DNA of 64,000 nt from an uncultured delta proteobacterium (GCA_963782055.1 CAWAIF010000003.1:4704001-4768000), one strand, 5' to 3'; positions 9,532 through 19,498 are shown, numbered from the stretch's first letter. Notes: generated by a model not told the origin, from the sequence alone. Numbers and translations: made by a program.

Positions 9532-9830
9532 GGGTTGGGGCTGTCGTCCCTGGAGTATACTCGTGGTCGTGTTCCCCAAGGCTAGCACCACGGTGTGCGG
9601 GAACAGGCTGCGTTCGCGAGACCGGCGTCTCGTAAACGCTAGCCCCACTGAACGCGTCGTAGGACCGATCGGTCGACGTCTGCGGAGAAACCGCCGGGAG
9701 GCTCGCGGGGCATGCCGTGCTCGCGAGGGCGCCGTCGGCGGGAAGTCGCCTGTGACGCGGGCTGTCGTAATAGTGTCGTGGCATGACCGGCTCTGGAGAG
9801 CGAGGTTCAAAGCGCAGGAGGAACCCGCGC

Positions 9831-10451
9831 ATGAACGCCGTGCTCGCCAAGAACGTGAAGACCATCCGGGACATGAAGCACTGGACCCAGCAGCATCTCG
9901 CCGACACCGCCGGCATCCAGCTACGCACGGTGCAGCGCGTGGAGAAGGGGGACGGGGCCAGCCTCGAGACCCTCGGCGCTCTCGCCAACGCGTTCGACGT
10001 CTCCATCGACGTCTTGCAGACCGACGTGGACGCCGTGATGGAGCAGCTGCGGCGGGCAGAGGAGGAACTCAGGCGGACCCACTACCTGGTCGACGTAACG
10101 CCGGTGACGTGCTCCGCGCATCTCGAGGCGGTGGGCGGCTCAGACGCCTACTTCACGCACTGCGCCTGCGAGGACGACGCTGCCCGGGACGCCTTCGCGG
10201 CTCTCGCCGCCAACCTGAAGGACATGGGCGAGATCTGGGACGACGTGGAGCCCACGCATCACCGCGAGTGGGTGAAGGAGGCGTACGAGCAGGTCGAGGC
10301 GCTCAACCTCGTTGGCGTAGTCGTCTCGGTGGGGAAAGGGAACCGCACCCTGAAGGCGGGCGCCGGGACCATCGAGTTCCGGACGCTCTACGTGATCGCT
10401 TGGCCGAAGGGCCAGGAGAAGAACGTCATCGCCGTCGAAAAGGCCCTGTAG
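9831..10451 (+). CDS. XRE-family HTH transcriptional regulator with unknown C-terminal domain
   Basis: AGGAGG RBS; WTQQHLADTAGIQLRTVQRVEKG...LETLGALANAFDV. Confidence 0.85.
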   Translation: MNAVLAKNVKTIRDMKHWTQQHLADTAGIQLRTVQRVEKGDGASLETLGALANAFDVSIDVLQTDVDAVMEQLRRAEEELRRTHYLVDVTPVTCSAHLEAVGGSDAYFTHCACEDDAARDAFAALAANLKDMGEIWDDVEPTHHREWVKEAYEQVEALNLVGVVVSVGKGNRTLKAGAGTIEFRTLYVIAWPKGQEKNVIAVEKAL

Positions 10452-10876
10452 AATGGTGACCCTCGCAGCTGCCGGCACGCATCCTCGGAGCGCCCATGTC
10501 GAAGTACAATTTCTCGTATGCAGAGCGGTACGGCGTATGGGTCGCGTTCCACGGCCAGTGCTACTGGTGCGGTCGCCCGCTCGAGCTTCAAGAGACGACG
10601 GTGGACCACGTGCTGCCGGAGAGCCTCGAGGTGAAGCCGGACGACCTGAAGGGGCTTCTCGACTATCTCGGGCTGAAAGACTTCGGCCTGAACACGTTCC
10701 GAAATTGGGTGCCCGCGCACGGCAAGTGCAACGGCAGGAAGAGCGACCTTCTGCTTCCTGCGGCTCCGGTGACAACCGTTACCCTAGTGGGTATCGCCAA
10801 GCGCGCAGCGCTTGCCGAGGAGACATGCAAGGAGGTCCTCGCCAACCAGAAGCGGGACAAGTTGCTCGGCAAGATC

Positions 10877-12434
10877 GGCTCTTCGGCCGAATCGGGGCCG
10901 CACGGCGAGGCGACGCGTGCATAATGCAACAAACGGCTCACGCGGCCTCCTGCCCAGGCGCAGGCAGCCCGAGCGCGAGGAAGCGCAGGACGCCTTGTCG
11001 ATTGCGGACGGGGTTGGCGGTGAGGAATCGCAGTTTGCGTAGAAGGTAATCATGGTTTCGATAGCCTCTGCCGCGACGGACGAGCGTCTCCCAGTTGCCG
11101 TTGAGCGCTTCGATGCGACCCGTCGGGGGGTGATGTTCGCCGAGAGCGACGATGGAGTCGTAGTGCCTGCGGAGCGAGTCGTGGAGCTTGCGCATGGGGA
11201 CATTCGTTCGCTTTTCGGTGCGGTAGAGCACGTGCTGGAGCCCGGTCTCCATGGCGTCCTTGTCGGGCGCTTTGAGCACTTCGCGCAGCTCCTCGACCAC
11301 CTGATAGGCGCGCGCGAGCTTGCCGTTGAACGAGAAGAGCCGACGAAGGCGAAGCTTGTCCGCCGCGCTCGTGCGATCCCAGGCGCGCAGCACGAGCCAG
11401 CGCGTACCGCGTCCGACCTCGCGCAGCTCGAGGCTCGCGCGGAAGAAGATGCTGCGACGCAGCTCGGTGATCGCCTCGCCAGCGCGCTTCGTGACGTGAA
11501 ACGGATCGTGGACGACGGGCGCGTGCGCGAGCGACGGGTCGGCGCGGATCGCGGCGGCGAACGGCGCGTGCATGTCGGTCGCGAAGAGACGGAGCGCCGC
11601 CTTTTGTTCGGGCGAAAGCGACGCAATCCACTGCGCGAGCGTGGCCTCGCCGCGCCCGTAGCCGATCCAGACGGGCTCGCCGCTCTCGAGGTCGCTGACG
11701 ATGGTGACGAACTTGTCGGCGCGCTTGTGGCGACGACCAAGCCACTTCTCGTCGACGCCGACCTGAACCAGCGGCTTCGACGGCCGCGAACCCTCCCAGC
11801 GCGCGAGCGCGTCGGCCTCGGCGCGCCGCACCGTGCGCCAGCTCAGCGCGTACTTCGTCGCGACGTGCGAGAGCGGCATCGAGTAGGCGTCGAGCGCGAG
11901 GTGATGTTGAAGCCGCCTGGTCTGACGCTGCTTCGGCTCCGCCCACGGGACCTTCTCGGTCGCGTGCGCCCCGCACCGCGGACACTTCACGCGAACGGGC
12001 GTGTACTCGAGGCGCACGCGATGCCCAGCCCACGGCAGATCTTCCCACCGCCGCGTCTTGCGATGCTCGTGGGTGCGGCCCGAAACGATCGTCAAGCACT
12101 GCCCGCACCGCGGCCGCCATCGGCGCACGAGCACGAGCACGAGCACGGCGCCGGCGGGCACGTCGAAGCCCACGATCGGCTCGATGCGCTCGCCCTGCCG
12201 TGTCTCCCACCTCGTGTCCTGCACGTTGAACCCTCGAAACCCGACAATCTGTGTGAGAATCTGTCCTCGCTGACCCATCGCGGCGTCCTCCCGGTTGTTT
12301 TCACCTCCAAGAGATCGCCACGGCAATTCGGCCGCGTCGATGGGTCAGCTCTCTTTCCTACGCGAGGCCTGAAATGCCGCCCCTTTCACGCCGCCGCTTC
12401 GCCGGCACGCCAGCCCCCATTTGGCCGAAGAGCC
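10877..12434 (-). mobile_element. ISL3-family insertion sequence (1558 bp)
   Basis: Terminal inverted repeats GGCTCTTCGGCCGAAT / GGCTCTTCGGCCAAAT (15/16); 8-bp target duplication GCAAGATC at 10869-10876 and 12435-12442. Confidence 0.95.
10938..12278 (-). CDS. ISL3 family transposase
   Basis: Zinc finger CGQC...CPRC, GVDE, ATDM, DPFHV, IEALN...RRGRGYRN; GGAGG RBS before ATG 12278. Confidence 0.95.
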   Translation of the reverse strand: MGQRGQILTQIVGFRGFNVQDTRWETRQGERIEPIVGFDVPAGAVLVLVLVRRWRPRCGQCLTIVSGRTHEHRKTRRWEDLPWAGHRVRLEYTPVRVKCPRCGAHATEKVPWAEPKQRQTRRLQHHLALDAYSMPLSHVATKYALSWRTVRRAEADALARWEGSRPSKPLVQVGVDEKWLGRRHKRADKFVTIVSDLESGEPVWIGYGRGEATLAQWIASLSPEQKAALRLFATDMHAPFAAAIRADPSLAHAPVVHDPFHVTKRAGEAITELRRSIFFRASLELREVGRGTRWLVLRAWDRTSAADKLRLRRLFSFNGKLARAYQVVEELREVLKAPDKDAMETGLQHVLYRTEKRTNVPMRKLHDSLRRHYDSIVALGEHHPPTGRIEALNGNWETLVRRGRGYRNHDYLLRKLRFLTANPVRNRQGVLRFLALGLPAPGQEAA

Positions 12435-12758
12435 GCAAGATCATGGTAGCCGTCGAGAAGGGGACGGTGACGCGGGAGGACATCGACGCGTTGTTCGAGG
12501 ATGTCCCAGTGCCGCCGCCGGTCGTGGGGAAGGACGATATTGAGCTGCTTGTTGCCCCTGGTTGGACGCTCAGTCGACGTGAGGGGAACCTGGCAATCAT
12601 CGAGTCGGGAGGACGTGTCGGAATGACGTGGGGGAAGCCGAACCCGGACTCCTCATGGATTTGCCCGCACTGCAGCAACGCCGGTCCCTGGGATGGCGTG
12701 ATTTGTCTCTCGTGCGGCCAGAAGAGCGACCCCAACGACTAATCTGAAAGACGCGTTA

Positions 12759-13550
12759 GTGTTTCTCGCTCTCGACACGACCGGCCGCCGCGTGCCTCCC
12801 ACAAAGGGAGCTGCCGGCACGTGTCCTCGATGTCTCTGTCCTGTTCACGCCAAGTGCGGCGAGACCAAGATTCATCACTGGGCACACGAGAAGGGGAAGA
12901 ACGACTGCGACCCCTGGGCTGAGAGCGAAACACAGTGGCATCGTGACTGGCAGTCGCGCGCGGACCCGGAGTGGTGCGAGATTGTCATGGGCGAGCTGCG
13001 TGAGCATCGTGCAGACATCCGCCGACCGGATGACGGGTTGGTCATCGAGCTGCAGCACTCGTACATCAAGCAGGAGGACGTCCGCGAGCGCGAGGCCTTC
13101 TACGGGAACATGTGGTGGGTGTTCAACACGGAGCCCTGGAGGTTCCGCGCGGAGGTGACGCCGGCCGGCGGGGCGAAGTTCCGCTGGATGTCGCGTCGTC
13201 GCACGCTCGATGCTGCGAGCCGGCCCATCTACCTCGACCTGGGCGGACCGCTGCTCCGCATTACCGGCTACGGACCGCAAGGCTGCCTCAGTGGCACGGG
13301 CGAACTGGTCTCTCGGGCAGAGTTCATCAAGCGCGCCGGTCTGCGCCCGCTCTCTGAGGAGGAGCTGCGTCAGACGAGCCACTACAGCGTGTTGCAGAGC
13401 GACGGCGATCTGCTCCTCGTGCGTTCACTCGAGGACGTACGAACCTGGGAGTCGCAAGACGGAACAGCAACGCACCACGACCTCGCGGGCCGAACCGGTG
13501 TGGTTCGGATTCCGGAGATCCCTCTGGTGCCGTTGCAGCGGCGCTCGTAG
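12759..13550 (+). CDS. CoiA-like PD-(D/E)XK nuclease
   Basis: CPRC..V.AKCG..KIHHWAH, ETQWH..WQ, HRADI, VIELQHS, RE.FY. Confidence 0.8.
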   Translation: MFLALDTTGRRVPPTKGAAGTCPRCLCPVHAKCGETKIHHWAHEKGKNDCDPWAESETQWHRDWQSRADPEWCEIVMGELREHRADIRRPDDGLVIELQHSYIKQEDVREREAFYGNMWWVFNTEPWRFRAEVTPAGGAKFRWMSRRRTLDAASRPIYLDLGGPLLRITGYGPQGCLSGTGELVSRAEFIKRAGLRPLSEEELRQTSHYSVLQSDGDLLLVRSLEDVRTWESQDGTATHHDLAGRTGVVRIPEIPLVPLQRRS

Positions 13551-13639
13551 ACGGAGGAGCGTCACGCCCGCGCGAGCCGTGCTCCGAGCGGGTGCTTGAT
13601 GTCGTGGTACGGCCCGCGCATCGCCCCCGCGCTTTGAAC

Positions 13640-13914
13640 CTACGACCCGCCGCGCCCTCCGCACCTCCGTCTCGACGCCATGTCCGCCGCCTCCTCCACC
13701 TCCCGCAGCCTGGCCTCGATGATCCGCACCGCCTCCCACTCCTCCGCCAGGATCGCCGCGTCCAGCTTCCGCTTCAGCGACTCCACCGTCACTGCACCGG
13801 GATTGGGCAGCGAACGGGCAGCGGGCGTCTCCAAACGTTTCCCTTCGTCTCCGTCCGGATCCTCTTCCCCGCAGATTTCCCAATCCGCCGCATTCCCCGC
13901 CCCCTGCCCCGGCC
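13640..13914 (-). other. Orphan reading frame: predicted attP-specific C-terminal tail of the island integrase (UVR-like coiled coil)
   Basis: Same frame through the att core (RSRLRDLNSRPTVYE) as the integrase C-terminus at attL; contains VESLKRKLDAAILAEEWEAVRIIEARLREVE. Confidence 0.6.
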
Positions 13915-13961
13915 TTTCGTAAACCGTAGGTCTCGAGTTCAAATCTCGAAGGCGGCTCCGC
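13915..13961 (+). repeat. attR core (47-bp direct repeat)
   Basis: Identical to 3949-3995. Confidence 0.95.
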
Positions 13962-13967
13962 TCCCCC

Positions 13968-14966
13968 TCACCGCCCGAGCGCGCGCCACGCCAGGGGCCG
14001 GGTGAAATCACTCCACTCGCCGCGCGTCTCCTCTGCTTCCTCGACGTCGGGTGTCATCGCGGCGTCCGCGGTCACGCGCACCTGACTGGCCGCCGGCCGC
14101 CCCGCCGGAGCCTGCGCGCGCGCCATCGCGGCGAGCGCGTGCCGACCCAGCTGCAGCACCTCCGGCGAGGGCGTGTCGCCCGCCGCGAGCAGCTCGGTGA
14201 GCTGCCGGATCAGGTGCTGGCCGTCGGCGGCGTTGGCGAGCGCGCGCTCCGCCTGCTCGTCGACGACCGGCGAGCGCACGGGCGCGACGGCGTGCTCGTA
14301 GAGGAGGCGGACCACGTCGGCCACCAGCGCGAGCTGATCCCGCATCACCGCCAGCTCGTCGTGAGATCGATCCCAGCGGGCGGCGCGCAGACGCAGCACC
14401 TCCAGCCGCCGCGCCGCGAGCGCGCGGGCCGCCTCGCTGGAGCGCGTGGCGCTCCCCTCCGCGAGCGAGCACATCTCGAGCTCCAGCGCGCCGCGGTCCA
14501 TCCCCGCCAGGCACGCGACGGCCGACGCGTAGGCCACCGCGCCGCCCACGTACGTGGCCAGCAGCCGGCTGACGCCCAGGTAGTCGGCCGTGCCGGGATC
14601 GTCCGCCACGGGAGAGAGGCGCACGCTCAGGGAGTCGGCCAGCACCTCCAGGCGCTGCAGCTCCTCCCGGTGCCCCGCCGTCATCCGGAGCAGAAGGCGC
14701 TCGCGCGTCCTGCTCGCCGCGATCGCCTCGTCCGCCGCCTCCTTGCGCATGACCGCCTCGCGAAACGCCGACGTCTGCGGGAGCACGCCGAGCAGCGCCA
14801 CCTCCATGGCGACGAAGGCGACGAGCATGAGCGGAGACCACCCCAGCACGAGCGCGAAGGGCATGCAAACGAGGGTGGCGACGTGCGCAGGGTGCGCGAT
14901 CGCGTGCCGCAGGTACCGCGCCCTCGGGCGGGATACCCGTGCGCGAGCTCGCACGCGAGGGTTCAT
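13968..14966 (-). CDS. Hypothetical membrane protein with helical C-terminal region
   Basis: N-terminal hydrophobic hairpin followed by an Ala/Leu/Glu/Arg helical region. Confidence 0.65.
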   Translation of the reverse strand: MNPRVRARARVSRPRARYLRHAIAHPAHVATLVCMPFALVLGWSPLMLVAFVAMEVALLGVLPQTSAFREAVMRKEAADEAIAASRTRERLLLRMTAGHREELQRLEVLADSLSVRLSPVADDPGTADYLGVSRLLATYVGGAVAYASAVACLAGMDRGALELEMCSLAEGSATRSSEAARALAARRLEVLRLRAARWDRSHDELAVMRDQLALVADVVRLLYEHAVAPVRSPVVDEQAERALANAADGQHLIRQLTELLAAGDTPSPEVLQLGRHALAAMARAQAPAGRPAASQVRVTADAAMTPDVEEAEETRGEWSDFTRPLAWRALGR

Positions 14967-14978
14967 GGGCATCGACGA

Positions 14979-14994
14979 TGCAGCCGGCGTGCCC
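14979..14994 (-). promoter_or_regulatory. Candidate sigma54 promoter
   Basis: GGGCACGCCGGCTGCA (GG-N10-GC) just before the start codon. Confidence 0.45.
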
Positions 14995-15128
14995 GCGCCG
15001 GCGCACGATCTGCCGCCGCCCGGCGCTCACCCGCGGGCGGCACCCAGGCTGGCCCTGCGCTCGAAGGGCGTGAGGCCGGTCCATCGCTCGCTGGCGCCCT
15101 GTCCCGCCGGCCTCCGGCTCGCGGTGAC

Positions 15129-18100
15129 TCACGCCGGCGCGGCGGCCTCCCCCGGCGCGGACCCCGCCTCCGCCTCGGCGCGCTCGCGCTCCCGGGTGCG
15201 GTCCCTGGCGAACAGCATGTACAGCGACGGCACCACGAACAGCGTGAACGCCGTGCCGATCGTCATGCCGCCCACCAGCACCCGGCCGATGGAGTTGCGC
15301 GCGGCGGCGCCGGGGCCGGTCACGATGGTCAGCGGGAAGTGCCCGGCCACCGTGGCGACGGTGGTCATCAGGATGGGCCGCAGGCGAATCGCGGCGGCGG
15401 CCTTCACCGCCTCCAGCTTGGAGAGGCCGAGGAGCTGCTGCTCGTTGGCGAACTGGACGATGAGGATCCCGTTCTTGGACACCAGCCCGGCGAGGGTGAC
15501 CAGCCCCACCTGCGAGTAGATGTTGAGGGTGGAGGTCCAGCCGTCGGTGAGCGGGAAGCGGGTGCCCGGCGGCCCGGCGTACCGGAGGAAGGTGAAGAGG
15601 AGGGCCCCGAAGATGGCGAGGGGCACCGATCCGGCCAGGATGACCAGCGGGTCGCGGAAGGAGTTGAACTGCGCGGCGAGCACCAGGAAGATCATCAGGA
15701 TCGCCAGGAGCATCGCGGGCAGGAACTTCCCCGACTCCTGACGGAGCTGGCGCGACTCGCCGGTGTAGTCGACGCGGTAGCCCGCGGGCAGGATCTTCTT
15801 CGCCGCGTCCTCCAGCACCTTCAGCCCCGCGTCGGTGGACCGGGGCGCGACGCCGGAGATCTTCACCGCGTTGAGCTGCTGGAAGCGGTTGAGGGTGCGC
15901 GGCTCCACGCTGGTGCGCAGCGTGGCGATGGACCCGAGCGGCACCAGGTTGCCGTGCGGCCCGGTCACGTGGATGTTCTGCAGGGCCTCGGGGGTCAGGC
16001 GCGCGGAGCGCTCGATCTGGGGGATCACCTCGTAGGCCCTGCCCTGGATCTCGAAGCGGTTGACGTAGTTGCCGCCGAGCATCGAGGACAGGTCTGCGCC
16101 GAGCTGCTGCATGCTCACGCCCATCGACGCGGCCTTGTCGCGATCGACGACGATCTGGGCGCTCGCCTGATCGATCTTCACGTCGGTGACCGGGGGAAAG
16201 GCGAACTGGCCGCTCTTGATCGCCGCGTCCACGATCTCCTGCGCGAAGGTCATCACCTTGGCCTCGCTCTCGGTGGAGGCGATCACGAACTCGACGGGGA
16301 AGAGGCCGGGGCTGGGGAGCGCGGGGGGCAGGAAGACCGGCGACCGGATGCCGGCGACGTCGGACATCTTGCGCGAGAGGTCGGCCTGGATGGCGAAGAT
16401 GTCGCGCTTGCGCTCGCCCCACGGCTTCATGAGCGCCCCGCCGAAGCCGCCATAGGGGTAGGTCACCTGGAACGCCTGCTGGAACTCCGGCTCGGAGGCG
16501 AAGATGTGCTCCACCTGCTCGGTGTACGGCGTGAGGCGCTCCAGCGTCGCGTTCGCCGGCACGTCGATGGCCCCGAAGACGACGCCCTGGTCCTCCTTCG
16601 GCGCGAGCTCGAGGGGCGAGAACACGTACATCGGCACGACGAGCAGGGCGAGGACGCCCCAGACGACGTAGACGGCGGGGCGCGCGCGCAGCGTGCCGGC
16701 GAGCAGCCGCGCGTAGGTGCGCTTGATCCACTCGAAGCCGGAGTCGATGCGGCGCACCAGCCACCCGGGGTGCTCGACCTCCCGCACCACCTTGGACGAC
16801 ATCATCGGCGAGAGGGTGAGGGCGACGACGCCGGAGATGAAGACCGCCCCGGCGAGCGTGAAGGCGAACTCGCGGAAGAGCGCGCCGGTGAGCCCGGACT
16901 GGAAGCCGATGGGGACGTAGACCGCCGCCAGGGTGATGGTCATCGCGATGATCGGCGTGACCAGCTCGTGCGCGGCGTCCAGCGCGGCGCGGACGGGCGG
17001 CTTCCCCATGCGGACGTGGCGCTCGACGTTCTCCACCACGATGATGGCGTCGTCCACCACCAGGCCGACGGAGAGCACGATGGCCAGCAGGGTGAGCAGG
17101 TTCAGGGTGAAGCCCATCACCTGCATCAGGAAGACGGCGCCGACGAGGGAGAGCGGGATGGCGACGACCGGCACGAGCACCGTCCGGAACTTCCCCAGGA
17201 AGAGGAAGATGACGATCATGACGATGCCGATGGTCTCGAAGAGCGTGTGCGTGACGTCGGAGATGGCGTCGTCGATGTACGTCGTCGAGTCGTACGCCAC
17301 CGTGGCCTGCATCCCCGCCGGAAGGTCGTGCTGGATGCCCTCCACCTCGTGGCGGACGCGACCGATGACGTCCAGGGTGTTGGCGTTGGGAAGCACCCAG
17401 ACGCCCATGAAGACCGCCTTCTGGTTGGAGAAGCGCACGTCGGAGTCGTAGTCGTCCGCCCCGAGCGTCACGTCGGCCACGTCCTGAAGCCGCACCAGCG
17501 CGCCGTCGTGCTCGCGCAGCACCAGCTTCTTGAAGTCCTCCACCGAGGTCAGGTGCGTGGTGGCGGCGAGGTCCACCTCCACCAGGTTGCCCTTGGTCTG
17601 GCCCACCGCGGCGAGGTAGTTGTTGGCGGCGAGCGCCTCGCGCACCTGTCCCGGGCTGATGCCCAGCGCCGCCATGCGGTCCGGCTTCAGCCACGCGCGC
17701 AGCGCGAACGTGCGCCCGCCGAGGATGTCCGCGCGCTGCACGCCGTCGATCGCCGTCAGCCGCGGCTGCACGACGCGCGTCAGGTAGTCGGTCACCTGGT
17801 TCTGCGCCAGGATGTCCGAGCGGAAGGACAGGTACATCGCCGCCACCTGCGAGTTGGAGGGCTCGATGTGGATGGAGGGGATCTGCGCCTCCGGCGGCAG
17901 GTCGGCGCGCACCTGGTCGACGCGCGCGCTGATGTCGGCCAGCGCGCTGGCGGCGGGGTAGTTGAGCTTCAGCCGGACGTTGATGGTCGAGAGCCCGCGG
18001 CGGCTCTGCGACTCCATGTAGTCGATGCCGTCGGCGGCGGCGATCGCGCGCTCGAGCGGCGTGGTGATGAAGCCGCGCACCAGGTTGGCGTCGGCACCGA

Positions 18101-18254
18101 CGTAGACGGTGTTGATGGTGATGGTGGAGCTCTCCACCTTCGGGTACTGGCGCACGTTGACGCCGCGCAGCGCCTGCAGCCCCGCGATGAGGATGACGAG
18201 GTTGACGACGACGGCGAGGACGGGCCTGCGGATGAAGATGTCGGTGATCCTCAC
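15129..18254 (-). CDS. RND efflux transporter permease subunit (AcrB/MexW-like)
   Basis: FIRRPVLA, VRQYP, GLVVDDAIIVVENVER, KNGILIV, RLRPILMTT; 1041 aa. Confidence 0.96.
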   Translation of the reverse strand: MRITDIFIRRPVLAVVVNLVILIAGLQALRGVNVRQYPKVESSTITINTVYVGADANLVRGFITTPLERAIAAADGIDYMESQSRRGLSTINVRLKLNYPAASALADISARVDQVRADLPPEAQIPSIHIEPSNSQVAAMYLSFRSDILAQNQVTDYLTRVVQPRLTAIDGVQRADILGGRTFALRAWLKPDRMAALGISPGQVREALAANNYLAAVGQTKGNLVEVDLAATTHLTSVEDFKKLVLREHDGALVRLQDVADVTLGADDYDSDVRFSNQKAVFMGVWVLPNANTLDVIGRVRHEVEGIQHDLPAGMQATVAYDSTTYIDDAISDVTHTLFETIGIVMIVIFLFLGKFRTVLVPVVAIPLSLVGAVFLMQVMGFTLNLLTLLAIVLSVGLVVDDAIIVVENVERHVRMGKPPVRAALDAAHELVTPIIAMTITLAAVYVPIGFQSGLTGALFREFAFTLAGAVFISGVVALTLSPMMSSKVVREVEHPGWLVRRIDSGFEWIKRTYARLLAGTLRARPAVYVVWGVLALLVVPMYVFSPLELAPKEDQGVVFGAIDVPANATLERLTPYTEQVEHIFASEPEFQQAFQVTYPYGGFGGALMKPWGERKRDIFAIQADLSRKMSDVAGIRSPVFLPPALPSPGLFPVEFVIASTESEAKVMTFAQEIVDAAIKSGQFAFPPVTDVKIDQASAQIVVDRDKAASMGVSMQQLGADLSSMLGGNYVNRFEIQGRAYEVIPQIERSARLTPEALQNIHVTGPHGNLVPLGSIATLRTSVEPRTLNRFQQLNAVKISGVAPRSTDAGLKVLEDAAKKILPAGYRVDYTGESRQLRQESGKFLPAMLLAILMIFLVLAAQFNSFRDPLVILAGSVPLAIFGALLFTFLRYAGPPGTRFPLTDGWTSTLNIYSQVGLVTLAGLVSKNGILIVQFANEQQLLGLSKLEAVKAAAAIRLRPILMTTVATVAGHFPLTIVTGPGAAARNSIGRVLVGGMTIGTAFTLFVVPSLYMLFARDRTRERERAEAEAGSAPGEAAAPA

Positions 18255-18261
18255 GGCGGTC

Positions 18262-19401
18262 TCAACGGTTGGGCGGGTGGGGGGCGAGCTGCGGCGTGGG
18301 CCCCACCTGGTTGCTCACCGTGACGCGCGCGCCGTTGCGCAGCTTGAACGCCCCGCCGGTGACCACCTCCTGCCCCACCTTCACGCCCTCGGTGATGGCC
18401 ACGAAGTCCCCGCGCGAGCGCCCCGTCCTGACGAACTGCTGCCGCGCCTTGCCGCCCTCCACCACGAAGACCGAGTCGCCGTACGACGCGTGCAGGACCG
18501 CCGTGGCGGGCACGGCGACGACCCTGGCGCTCTCCGGCTCGATGACCGCCACCCTCACGAACATCCCCGGCTGCAACCACGTGGCCTTCGGGGGGACGCT
18601 GGCCCGCAGCTTGATGTTGCGGGTGCTCGGATCGATCTGCGGGTCGATGGCGAAGAGGCTCCCCCGCGCGGTCTGCGGCGCGGCCGCGTCGCCGCCGGCG
18701 GTGCGCGCGCCTGCGTCCGACGTCAGCCGGACGGGCATCCCGATGGACGCGCGCGACAGGTCCTGCTGCGGCAGCGCGAAGTCGACGTAGATGGACTCCG
18801 GCGCCTCGAGGACGGTGATGGGGGTCCCCGGCGGCAGGTACTGCCCCACGTTGATCAGCCGGATCCCCAGCTTGCCGGCGAACGGCGCGCGGACGACCTT
18901 CTTCTCGATCTGCGCCTGGACCGCCGCGACGTCGGCGGTGGCCTGATCCATCGCCGACTGATCGGCGTCGAGCTGATCGCGGGGAACGCTGCGCGTCGCC
19001 ACCAGCCTGCTGGTGCGCTCCAGCGTGACCGCCGCCAGCGTCTTGCGGGCACGGGCGGCGGCGAGCTGCGCGCGCTCCACGCGCGTGTCCAGCTCGACCA
19101 GCACCTCACCCCTGCGCACGGTCTCGCCCGACTCGAAGTGGATGCGCGACACGATCCCCGCCGCGTCGTTGCTGATCGACACACCGCGCGCGGCCGCCAC
19201 GCTCCCGACGGAGTCGAGCGTGACGTCCCACGTCTCCTCCTTCGCGACGAAGGTGTTCACCGTCTCCGGTGGCGGTCCCGCGTTCTGCGCCTTCTTGCCC
19301 GCGGCCATCGCGACGGAGATCTCCGCGCCCTTGAGGGCGGCGAGCCCTCCGACGACGACGACGAGCCCGAGGGCGACCGCGAGGTTGACCTTGAGCGCCA
19401 T
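18262..19401 (-). CDS. RND efflux periplasmic adaptor (membrane fusion protein)
   Basis: N-terminal TM, VRAPFAGKLG, IDPQIDPSTR, LQPGMFV, GVKVGQEVVTGG. Confidence 0.93.
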   Translation of the reverse strand: MALKVNLAVALGLVVVVGGLAALKGAEISVAMAAGKKAQNAGPPPETVNTFVAKEETWDVTLDSVGSVAAARGVSISNDAAGIVSRIHFESGETVRRGEVLVELDTRVERAQLAAARARKTLAAVTLERTSRLVATRSVPRDQLDADQSAMDQATADVAAVQAQIEKKVVRAPFAGKLGIRLINVGQYLPPGTPITVLEAPESIYVDFALPQQDLSRASIGMPVRLTSDAGARTAGGDAAAPQTARGSLFAIDPQIDPSTRNIKLRASVPPKATWLQPGMFVRVAVIEPESARVVAVPATAVLHASYGDSVFVVEGGKARQQFVRTGRSRGDFVAITEGVKVGQEVVTGGAFKLRNGARVTVSNQVGPTPQLAPHPPNR

Positions 19402-19416
19402 GGCGTCGCGCTGCGC

Positions 19417-19432
19417 TGCAGGGAGCGTGCCC
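19417..19432 (-). promoter_or_regulatory. Candidate sigma54 promoter of the RND operon
   Basis: GGGCACGCTCCCTGCA (GG-N10-GC) 15 nt before ATG 19401. Confidence 0.5.
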
Positions 19433-19465
19433 CGCGCCTGCGCTTGCTCCCGTCCGCGCATCGCG

Positions 19466-19481
19466 TGGCCCGAGGCTTGCG
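19466..19481 (+). promoter_or_regulatory. Candidate sigma54 promoter of the glycogen operon
   Basis: TGGCCCGAGGCTTGCG (GG-N10-GC, TTGC) 17 nt before ATG 19499. Confidence 0.55.
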
Positions 19482-19498
19482 TGCGGCGCGAGGCCGGC

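Larger units (their letters stand above)
10496..12742 (+). pseudogene. HNH endonuclease with C-terminal zinc ribbon, interrupted by ISL3
   Basis: CYWC...DHVLP...NWVPAHGKCNGRK. Removing the IS and one TSD joins 10496-10876 in frame to 12443-12742, giving 226 aa ending CPHC...CLSC. Confidence 0.88.

Noticed and set aside
12374..12442. Independent 122-aa gene starting at 12374
   Set aside because: The start lies inside the IS end; the rest is the 3' half of the interrupted HNH gene
13915..13961. Second tRNA gene
   Set aside because: Only the 3' half from the anticodon loop onward is present; it is the attR duplication
14139..18323. 1394-aa plus-strand ORF and similar very long ORFs (14008-17694, 53590-56793, 25756-28146)
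   Set aside because: Antisense or off-frame shadows of well-supported genes, expected in high-GC DNA, with no recognisable motifs
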